Positions 12,401 through 24,400 of a stretch of DNA of 64,000 nt are shown here, in pieces. The notes beneath the pieces are model-generated. The model was not told the origin of the DNA, searched no databases, and saw only the letters and a list, made by a program, of their open reading frames with translations. Location of the stretch: NCBI GenBank assembly GCA_950097015.1, contig CATNEN010000002.1:434001-498000 (forward strand), given 5' to 3'. This DNA is from Macrostomum hystrix. Taxonomy: Eukaryota > Animalia > Platyhelminthes. The position numbers were made by a program, and so were the translations under genes. The stretch's first letter is position 1, and the number at the start of each line of letters is the position of its first letter.

Positions 12401-15400
12401 CAGGATCCGGTCAGCAACCAGACGCAAGCTTGTCAGAATCAGGTCAGCAACACGACTCCAGCTTGTCAGGATTTGGTCAGCAAAAAGACTCAAGCTTGTC
12501 AGGATCGGGTCAGCAGCAAGACGGAAGCTTGTCAGGATCTGGTCAGCGGCAAGGCGCAAGCTTGTCAGGATCTGGTCAGCAACAAGACGCCACCAGCTTG
12601 TCAGGATCCGGTCAGCAGCAAGACTCAAGCTTGTCAGGATCAGGTCAGCAGCAAGACGGAAGCTTGTCAGGATCTGGTCAGCGGCAAGGCGCAAGCTTGT
12701 CAGGATCCGTTCAGCGGCAAGAGGCAAGCTTGTCAGGATCTGGTCAGCGGCAAGAGGCAAGCTTGTCAGGATCCGGTCAGCGGCAAGAGGCAAGCTTGTC
12801 AGGATCCGGTCAGCGGCAAGAGGCAAGCTTGTCAGGATCCGGTCAGCGGCAAGGCGCAAGCTTGTCAGGATCTGGTCAGCAACAAGAGGCAAGCTTGTCA
12901 GGATCTGGTCAGCGGCAAGAGGCAAGCTTGTCAGGATCTGGTCAGCAACAAGACTCAAGCTTGTCAGGATCCGGTCACGGTGATCAGTTACTGGCCTCCG
13001 TGGATATTGATCAAGGCGTTACGTCACAAGACACTGAGCAAAAGCAGTTGCAAGAATTAGAAACAGCTGATGCTGTGAAGTCACAGCAGAACAAGTTCTC
13101 TGAACAGCAACGAGTGGCAATACCAAACAGAAGTCCTTCAGATTCTACAATTGCACTTGCTACAATGGAGCAGCCTTCGACTTGTCAAACAGACTTAAAA
13201 AAGTTACCTTCAGATGGCATTCCTAGTAGAGAACTGCAGAACGACAGCAAAATAACTATATCACAGCTGCAGCCTTCAACTGAGACAGCTGGAACACAAC
13301 AGCATTCAACTGACACAGCTGGAACAGAACAGACTTCAACTGACACAGCTGGAACACAACAGCATTCAACTGACACAGCTGGAACAGAACAGACTTCAAC
13401 TGACACAGCTGGAACAGAAGAGACTTCAACTGACACAGCTGGAACAGAACAGACTTCAACTGAAACAGCTGGAACAGAACAGACTTCAACTGACACAGCT
13501 GAAACACAGCAGCCTCCAACTGACACAGCTGGAACAGAACAGACTTCAACTGAAACAGCTGGAACAGAACAGACTTCAACTGACACAGCTGAAACACAGC
13601 AGCCTCCAACTGACACAGCTCTAACACAGCATCTTTCAACTGACACAGCTGGAACACAACAGCCTTCAACTGACACAGCTGAAACAGAACAGGCTTCAAC
13701 TGACACAGCTGGAACAGAACAGACTTCAACTGACACAGCTGGAACAGAACAGACTTCAATTTACACAGCTGGAACAGAACAGACTTCAACTGACACAGCT
13801 GGAACAGAACAGACTTCAACTGACACAGCTGGAACACAACAGCATTCAACTGACACAGCTGGAACAGAAGAGACTTCAACTGACACAGCTGGAACAGAAC
13901 AGACTTCAACTGAAACAGCTGGAACAGAACAGACTTCAACTGACACAGCTGAAACACAGCAGCCTCCAACTGACACAGCTCTAACACAGCAGCTTTCAAC
14001 TGACACAGCTGGAACACAACAGCCTTCAACTGACACAGCTGAAACAGAAAAGACTTTAACTGACACAGCTGGAACAGAACAGACTTCAACTGACACAGCT
14101 GGAACAGAACAGACTTCAATTTACACAGCGGGAACAGAACAGACTTCAACTGACACAGCTAGAACAAAAGAGACTTCAACTGACACAGCTGGAACACAGC
14201 AGCCTCCAACTGACACAGCTCTAACACAGCATCTTTCAACTGACACAGCTGGAACACAACAGCCTTCAACTGACACAGCTGAAACAGAACAGGCTTCAAC
14301 TGACACAGCTGGAACAGAACAGACTTCAACTGACACAGCTGGAACACAACAGCCTTCAACTGACACAGCTGGAACAGAAGAGACTTCAACTGACACAGCT
14401 GGAACAGAACAGACTTCAACTGAAACAGCTGGAACAGAACAGACTTCAACTGACACAGCTGAAACACAGCAGCCTCCAACTGACACAGCTCTAACACAGC
14501 ATCTTTCAACTGACACAGCTGGAACACAACAGCCTTCAACTGACACAGCTGAAACAGAACAGGCTTCAACTGACACAGCTGGAACAGAACAGACTTCAAC
14601 TGACACAGCTGGAACAGAACAGACTTCAATTTACACAGCTGGAACAGAACAGACTTCAACTGACACAGCTGGAACAGAACAGACTTCAACTGACACAGCT
14701 GGAACACAACAGCATTCAACTGACACAGCTGGAACAGAAGAGACTTCAACTGACACAGCTGGAACAGAACAGACTTCAACTGAAACAGCTGGAACAGAAC
14801 AGACTTCAACTGACACAGCTGAAACACAGCAGCCTCCAACTGACACAGCTGAAACAGAACAGGCTTCAACTGACACAGCTGGAACAGAACAGACTTCAAC
14901 TGACACAGCTGGAACAGAACAGACTTCAATTTACACAGCGGGAACAGAACAGACTTCAACTGACACAGCTGGAACACAACAGCATTTAACTGACACAGCT
15001 GGAACAGAACAGACTTCAACTGACACAGCTGGAACACAACAGCCTTCAACTGACACAGCTGGAACAGAAGAGACTTCAACTGACACAGCTGGAACACAAC
15101 AGCCTTCAACTGACACAGCTGGAACACAGCAGTCTTCCACTGACACAGCTGGAACAGAACAGGCTTCAACTGACACAGCTGGAACAGAACAGACTTCAAC
15201 TGACACAGCTGAAACACAGCAGCCTCCAACTGACACAGCTCTAACACAACAGCAGCAGCCTTCAACTGACACAGCTGGAACACAACAGCGTTCAACTGAC
15301 ACAGCTGGAACAGAAGAGACTTCAACTGACACAGCTAGAACACAACAACATTCAACTGACACAGCTGGAACAGAACAGACTTCAACTGACACAGCTGGAA

Positions 15401-18400
15401 CACAACAGCAGCAGCCTTCAACTGACACAGCTAGAACACAACAGCAGCAGCCTGCAACTGACACAGCTGGAACACAACAGCAGCAGCCTTCAACTGACAC
15501 AGCTGGAACACAGCAGCCTTCAACTGACACAGCTAGAACACAACAGCAGCAGCCTTCAACTGACACAGCTAGAACACAACAGCAGCAGCCTTCAACTGAC
15601 ACAGCTGGAACACAGCAGCCTGCAACTGACACAGCTAGAACACAACAGCAGCAGCCTTCAACTGACACAGCTGGATCACAGCAGCCTTCAACTGACACAG
15701 CTAGAACACAACAGCAGCAGCCTTCAACTGACACAGCTGGAACACAGCAGACTTCAACTGACACAGCTCTAACACAGCAGCAGCCTGCAACTGACACAGC
15801 TGGAACACAGCAGACTTCAACTGACACAGCTGGAACACAGCAGACTTCAACTGACATAGCTGGAACAGAAAAGACTTTAACTGACACAGCTGGAACAGAA
15901 AAGACTTTAACTGACATAGCTGGAACAGAGCAGACTTCAACTGACACAGCTGGAACAGAAAAGACTTTAACTGACACAGCTGGAACACAGCAGCATTCAA
16001 CTGACACAGCTGGAACACTGCAGCAGTCTTCAACTGACACAGCTGGAACAGAGCAGACTTCAACTGACACAGCTGGAACACAGCAGCGGCCTGCAACTGA
16101 CCCAGCTGGAACACAGCAGCAGCCTGCAACTGACACAGCTGGAACACAGCAGCAGCCTGCAACTGACACAGCTGGAACACAGCAGCAGCCTGCAACTGAC
16201 ACAGCTGGAACACAGCAGCAGCCTGCAACTGACACAGCTGGAACACAGCAGCAGCCTGCAACTGACATAGCTGAAACACAGCAGCCTTCAACTGACACAG
16301 CTGGAACACAGCAGCCTTCAACTGACACTGCTGGAACAGAACAGACTTTAACTGACACAGCTGGAACAGAACAGACTTCAACTGACACAGCTCTAACACA
16401 ACAGCAGCCTTCAACTGACCCAGCTGGAACACAGCAGCGGCCTGCAACTGGCACAGCTGGAACAGAACAGCATTCAACTGGCACAGCTGGAACAGAACAG
16501 ACTTCAACTGACACAGCTGGTACACAGCAGCCTTCAACTCACACAGCTGGAACACAGCAGCCTTCAACTCACACAGCTGGAACACAGCAGCCTTCAACTG
16601 ACACAACTGGAACCGAACAGACTTCAACTGACACAGCTGGAACAGAACAGCATTCAACTGACACACCTGGAACACAGCAGCAGTCTTCAACTGACACAGC
16701 TGGAACACAGCAGCAGCCTGCAACTGACCCAGCTGCAACACAGCAGCGGCCTGCAACTGACCCAGCTGGAACACAGCAGCGGCCTGCAACTGACCCAGCT
16801 GGAACACAGCAGCGGCCTGCAACTGACCCAGCTGGAACACAGCAGCAGCCTGCAACTGACACAGCTGGAACACAGCAGCAGCCTGCAACTGACACAGCTG
16901 GAACACAGCAGCGGCCTGCAACTGACACAGCTGGAACACAGCAGCGGCCTGCAACTGACCCAGCTGGAACACAGCAGCGGCCTGCAACTGACACAGCTGG
17001 AACACAGCAGCGGCCTGCAACTGACCCAACTGGAACACAGCAGCAGCCTGCAACTGACCCAGCTGCAACACAGCAGCGGCCTGCAACTGACCCAGCTGGA
17101 ACACAGCAGCGGCCTGCAACTGACACAGCTGGAACACAGCAGCGGCCTGCAACTGACACAGCTGGAACACAGCAGCCTTCAACTGACACAGCTGGAACAC
17201 AGCAGCCTTCAACTGACACAGCTGGAACACAGCAGCGGCCTGCAACTGACACAGCTGGAACACAGCAGCGGCCTTCAACTGACACTGCTGGAACAGAACA
17301 GACTTTAACTGACACAGCTGGAACAGAACAGACTTCAACTGACACAGCTGGAACACAGCAGCAGCTTTCAACTGACACAGCTGAAACACAGCAGCCTGCA
17401 ACTGACACAGCTGGAACACAGCAGCAGCCTGGTGACGATGTCATGGAGACTAGCCAGCCATCAGTTTTGAAGCCGAAAGGACCAAGCGAAGGCATAATCG
17501 CTTCCATTGAAAACCTGTTAGCTGGTTCCAATTCAGGGCAGTCCCAGTGGGTTTTGGGTCAGTCTGAGCTTACGGCAGAGGCGGCGGCTGCGCTTCTAGC
17601 GATTAGTCTCGGCCAGGTTAGTACAGGTGGTTCTAGGATTGCTGTCACGCTGCTTGGCTTCATTAGTGAGAATAACTTCAGAAACAGAACTGGAACTAAT
17701 ATCGGAGATTTATTTAACAGTCGCGCAGTTAAAATTTAATATACCTTGCTTTCCCCCATAACGGCTAAAAAGGATTTTCAGTTCCCTGCAGAATTGTCAC
17801 ACTTTTTGCGGTGGATCGCACCAGGTGTGAATAATAACGACTGTTGACTTCAGTAGCTCGTGTGTTTCAGCGTTCAGCTTTGCAAACTAAAATCCAGTAA
17901 ATTGCGCACCCATTCGCTCCTGACTCAAAAATTTATAAATTTTAGGTTTTGAATCATGCTTTTTACCTTTGCGTCTAATGCTTATTTAATTTTGAAAACT
18001 GCGCTATATTTTCACCTATTTCGCCTATAATAATAGCATAACAAGTCCGTTCAACCCACCCAACTGCTTGGCAGCCCGCACAGATGCTCACTTCCACAGC
18101 TTCTAACCAGCAAAATCAGCTACAAAGCGCTGATGGTTCCTCCCTACTTAGCCCACAACCCACAGCGCAGGCTAGCTCGGTTGGTCTGTCGGGTTCGCCA
18201 ATCAAAGACTTCGACTCTGAGGTTCGCGATTTCGACGATGTCGTCGATGAAGAAATGCGCGCGGTTCAGGCCGTGAAGCTTCATGCTCCGATGCCGCTTC
18301 GAGACTCCAGAAAGCCAGGTCCTCTTGATATCGTCGATCCCAGTGCGGTGACTGAAGAAAACTTAATTAATCCTCAAGAATCTTCGACGCTTAGCGCCCA

Positions 18401-21400
18401 TCGGCAGCGAGGTACCAGTTCTTCGAGGAATGATACCCCGTCTGTCAAGGTTCAAGATCCCATGTTGCATCGTCACCCTTCGCCTCAAGCAGATTCTAGC
18501 GAATGCGCTGAGTCCGGCTCTCAGGATTTTGAAGAAGTGGTGAACCCTGTGATGTCCTCCAGAGTTGACTCTCTGACGGTTAGTCGAGACCCCCTTGAGA
18601 TGACGAGTACCAAAGAAACTGCCAAGCCTAGCTCTCAGAGTGTCGATGAACAAGTCGATCAAGTCCCAATAGATTTGCCTAAATATAGTTCAAGTGAAGA
18701 ATTGGACCCTAGCTTTGTGACTAGTTTACCGCCGGTTGATCAAAGTTCCCAGGTCGTTGATGACGTCATTAAGCCTTCGGCAAACTCTACGTCTCAGGTT
18801 CCAGTATTCAATCATCATCCTAAGCTACAAGTGGATTCTTCCGAACAGCTCAATCCCGGCTCTCAATCTATTTCGCGAGCTACTCCGATTGAGCACAATC
18901 AGCTAGCTGGCGAATCGGATAGAGGTGATGCTTCTGAATCAAGCGATGCTGATGAGCCTGTATTTGGTCGTACTGCATCTTCTCTGGTTAATGCTCCTGT
19001 TACAGGAGAGCATAATCGGACTAGCCAAGAAGTCGCTTCTCGCGATCTAGTTAACGAAATTACCCAATCTACTGATGATGTGATGACAGGAAGTGTATCT
19101 GCCAGCACCGAAGAACCTATTGTGCGGTATCAGCTGGCACCGAATGCTCAAACAGATATCTGGAATGAGCAAAATCCTCGGCTGCCATCTGAGGATGAAT
19201 TCATGGACCTTTCTGCCAGCTCAAACGCTTCCAGTTTGTCATTTGAAGACATAATTCACGGCCGGCAGGTGGAAATCGATGTTTCGATGATGATCGAGCT
19301 AGAAGAGGAACAAGCTGCGCCTTGCACCGAAACGGTAGAAGCCGTTGAGCACCTGGTCCAGGAAGCACCAGTCCAGCTAGCCGCTGCCGTTGATTATCCA
19401 GTGTACGCACGAGCGAAGATTGCTGAGCGGCTGGTATTCGAGTGCACAGATGAAGACGGGCCCATTTTGAAGTACAGATCCGATCGCTCGGTTTCTGAAA
19501 CTGAACAGGTAGCCAATATCGATCGCTCTGAGTCCATACTGAGAGCTGACTCTGTAAAGAATCAAATGTCACCATCAAAATCGATTGCGATGCCGCAGCC
19601 TGTCACCGTGGAAACTCCAGTCGAGGATCAAATCATTGCAAATGATCAAGCAGGGCCACACCTGCTTCAACCCGAAAACATTTGCTCGCCGAGCCCACTG
19701 ACGCCTGCAACAAAACGCAAACTACCAGAGCAACTCGAGTTTGAGCCAAGCGATGGCAGTTCTTATAAATCAAAGAGATCAGTGTCCGAAACCGAAATGG
19801 TGGCAAATATCGACCGGGTTGAATCTGTGCTACATCCACATCAGAACAAGCGACATGCTATTTTCGCCAATGAAGAACCTAGTGTTGCGACCATCCCCGA
19901 TTCCGACAAAGTGGCACAACTCGATGATGACGAGACTTTGATTCAACCAGGTAGAGGAGCAGCAACTCAAGCTTCACCAGAGTATTCTGTAGGAACAGGT
20001 GGTGGAGTTGTAAAAGTGGTTGATACTGAGTTTCACGTTCTTGCCGTACAACTGAGCAGAGATCCAGCTGGTGATAAAAACAAGGACATGAAAAATGGTG
20101 GAATCGAACGCACCGAGCAATTGCTAGATAAAAGTCATTTATCACAAGATTTGACAATCCGTGACGATTCTGAAGTAAAGCATCGGGATAAAGAGAATCC
20201 TCCACAAGTCGAGGATCATTCCCAATCTGAATCCTGCCAAGACGTTGCAGAGACAACACGCGACTTGGTGCGCAGCAGAAGCGATGAGAATAGGTCTAGC
20301 AACTATCGTTATGCTGAAGCCGACCGCATCGGAAAAGTGCTCGAAAGCCAGGATGTTGCAGCGACAATGCCGCAGATTAAGGATGCCAAATCTTGCGAAG
20401 GGCAAGACGATGGCGAAGTCGAGGAACAAACCCTTGGCGTCGAAACCCTTGGACACGAGGCAGCTACACCTGGCCCTGCAAGTTACGCAGATCAGTTATC
20501 AACCGCTCCACAGCTTGACTCGCAATTTGAGCAGAATGACTCAGCAAACGAAGAAGAGCTTACATCGACTCAAGATGAACCTGGGTACACCGCTGTACCC
20601 AGGGATGACAAAAGCGACGCTCAAGCAGCAAAGACTACCACAGAAGCTAAGGAGTATAAAGATGATACTATTTCACTGGAATTTAATTATCAAGCCACGC
20701 CTAATGAATCTATTCCAAAAAGAACCACAAAAAAATTGGAAGAAAACTTAGCATCTGAATCTGCTGACTCAACAACAAGCAACGATGAAGACAGCGACAC
20801 GAAGTTCGAAACAGTCGTTTCTGAGGCTGTTTCTGAGGAAAATCCAACGTCAAAAAGTCAGGACTCCGAAACGAAACTCGAAAGTGTCGTCCATTCTGAT
20901 TTCACAACTAGCCCTGGTTCGCCGGTCGACGATTCCAAAGAAGTCAAATCCAGTGAGCATGAAGTTGCGGAGATCAGACAGGATGTCGTGGAGAGCGAGA
21001 CTTTAGCCCTAGCTGTTCAACAACTGCGCATGCCTAGTCAAGAAGAAGACTATGATACCGATGTGAGTTCAGTATCGGATGTGGAAGAAGTAACTGAATT
21101 CATTTCTGTAGTTCTTAAGAATCCGGACGAGTACTTTCACCAAGAAGCTCACGAAGCGGCACTAAGTATTGAGCTACCCAATCCAGTCTACTGGAAGACT
21201 TCTTTCGATGACAATGACCAACTGGGTCAAGAACGAATATCATCAGACAGTGAGTCTTCTCATGAAGAACCACAAGCAGATCTTGCAAACGAGGATCTTA
21301 TGGAACATTCTTCAAGCGGGTCTGGTGACGCGCAGCAGGATTTGCATAAGTCCCACCTTGGACCAAATCAAGTACCGATTAAAAACTTACGATCAACAGC

Positions 21401-24400
21401 ATCGCAGTTTCTTACTGACCTGATCGATAAAAGCCTGGTTAGCAATGATTCAGACACTTCATGTAATGACCAGAAGCAAATTGTGGAAACAGAAACTCAT
21501 GTGCTCGCTGTGAAATTGTTTACCAGTGAGACGCCAGTGTCACAAACTGAAAATGTAAACTTGGACCTAAATAATGAAACTGAGAGTAAATTGGCGTTAC
21601 TGAAGCCGATCGCAAGTGTTCAAGGGCAGACGAAAGAGACTGAAGAAATCGAGGATTGTGTGGGGCAGCTGAGTCCAACTCAGTCCAGCAGTCCAGGCAA
21701 TGCTAGTCACAGATCTGAAGCGAGCATCGGTAACGAGCAACTTTTTAATGAAGAAACAAACGAGGAGATCATAAATGTAGAGCTAAACACCGAGAAAAAG
21801 CAAAAGCTAGATAATGATGTATTGCTACAGACTTCGCCTCAGAAGCAGCCAGTTTCTGCTGCACAATGGACTGGCAAGCCCGAAGAATGGAATTCTGATG
21901 AGTCAGCTGAGGTAGAGTTTTCTGACAACCTTATAGCAACTGACAGCCAAGAAGCAGTGTCCGACTCGAATAGTCAAACTGATGATCATCCTACAGGTCT
22001 GATTGTACATAGAGAGAGTCAAATTCTTTCAGTTCAGTTTCGTGAAGACGAGGACGACAATGAGTACGAGTCGGATTCTGTCTCCTGCCCTAGTGACGCT
22101 ACGGTTATTCTCAAGTCAGTTGAACCAAAAACAGAGGAAGAAAATACTAAGTTACCGCTGCCGAGTAGCAAGCCCGACCAAAGCCAGCAAGAGTGCAAGC
22201 AAACTATTTTGGAAGACAGAAAGCCTAATGATTTAGGACTTCTTGAATTCGACGGTGAAGGAAGCCTTGTTAGTCAACTTCTAGAAACCCGAGATTACCA
22301 ACAGTCACCTTTGCAGGCAGGTTTGCGTTCGACTGCCTCGCAGTTCAACAGCTCTAGGGAAGCCAATGATGAACTTGGGCATGAAAGTAACATTGGTACG
22401 GAAGCTGAAGTGACACCGTCAATGAGCCCTGATAATTCCACGATAGATACAGCTGGAGATCTTGCGAAGTCCTCAGAATCAAAACAGGACTTTGTTTCTG
22501 ACACACTGAAGCCTGACGCACCGTCTGAAAATTCTGAGACCCCATTGGTACTCTCTGATAGTTCGAAAACTCGCAAAAATAATGACCATGAAACGATTTC
22601 GCTTTCTATCGAGCTCGATGAGCCAGAAGATGTCGAGCATCAATATTCGTCCCGGCCACAAAAGCAACCTACCGAAGCTATAACCAGGGCCACATATGAA
22701 GATTGCAAAGGTACTGAAACAATCACTATTTCAATGGAACTGGATGAGCCAAATGAGTTCGACGAGGGTACTCAGGTACGAGCTAAAGATCGCGATTCGT
22801 CAGTGCCACTCGGAGAAAGCGTTGCACAGACTAGACTTTCGTACAAATCAATCTTCCAGTCTGGTGAAACAAAAGTTGTTGACTCAGAGTTTCACCTGCT
22901 CGCTGTGCAGCTGCGCAAGGACCAAGGCGAAAATAAGGATGAGCATTGTGAAGAAATGGCTGCTCAAGAGCATCAACGCAGCTTTCACGAAAGTCTGCTC
23001 GAGAAACCGAATCTGTTGGATGCATCCGGCAATCACGAGTCATGCCCTCCAGCTGTTACTTATGTAGCCGTACCAGACCTGAAATCTCTTACAAATGGAT
23101 TCCAAACACTGAGCATTGCCTTCGAGGAAGAAAGTAGACAGATAGGCTTCAGGGACGAAATATTACAGGAAGAAGGCTCTTCCAAGGCGAATGCGGAAGA
23201 AAGTGAATTCGAATTCCCGAGTGATCAGGCAGATAAGACGATCAGACAGGATGACCTGCAATCCCTCAGCATCTCCCTGGAGCCTCCATTTGATGAAGAG
23301 GTTACTGAGGCTAGCTTGCTAGATGAGTTCAGAAGGCCGGTGCAGAAAGTGAAGCATGAGTATTCGGTAGATGATGAATCTGCAGAGGATTCTGAGAATG
23401 ACGAAAGGCTTAAAGGGCATCGAAACAATGAAAGTGAAATCAGTTCGGACCATGAGAACATGCACGAGTCTGAAATTGATGAAGAGGAACTCAAAGCCGA
23501 CACTGAGAACATGGTGCTTGCGGTCACATTGCAAGTGCCTATTCAGGAAGCTGTTAGCACTGACGAAAATATCATGCAACCTGAACAGGAATCCAGGGAA
23601 GTTTCAAACGTACCAAAAGAAGCTTCTTGTCTTGAGGTTACCATGCCATTTGACGATGAAATTCCCGCAAGTAGCCTGAGAGATCCAGAGCGAACAATTG
23701 TTCAGGCAGGTCCGGTTGATGACTTTGGAAGTAAGCTAGAAGATGGTACTCTTTCAGCAGATGCTGGACATGGTTGTGCTTCCCATCTGCCAAAAGACAA
23801 TGAAGACAGTTTCGACAATGATCGTTTGGGCTTTGACTTTACCAATAAAAGCAGGAATCGGCCCGATTTGCGAAAAGGTTCTTTGAATCAGTCGGAGAGC
23901 GACTTCGAAGTTCTCGGAGAAGATGAGACTGAATCGATTGGCCGAAGGGTATCTGATGCATTCGATTTGGACACAACTGCACTAAATTCAATGTCCACAG
24001 CCACTGATTCACACGCAGGTGTTTCGCCTGTTTCACTCAGGCAATATGAGAACAGCTCACAAGATGCTGAATTTGGACTGGAATCAAACGTCGACATTGA
24101 GAGGAGCTTCAGTTCACCCGCTGATTCAAAGCTTGATGGAGGAAGCTTTGACATGGAGCCGTCTCTGCACATTGACAGTCGAGAAGAAGCTCAAACAGCC
24201 CAGTCTACTTTTGATCCCGCCATTCAATTACCTGCAGAGGCGAGCGATAACTTTGAAAAGCTATTAGCAACTGAATCGCGAATCGCCTGTCATGACTTGG
24301 CTCCTCAGGATGACAGTGAAAACCTGATTTCACCATTAGGTGTTGATAAGCTTATCTCTAGGCCAGAGGATGATGTTGAATTAAGCCAGGGAGTCCAGAA

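Noticed and set aside
10964-17531. Long antisense and alternate-frame ORFs over the coding arrays (e.g. 10964-12958, 14931-16514, 15701-17419)
   Set aside because: They are open only because the repeat unit lacks stops in those frames, and they end where the arrays end.
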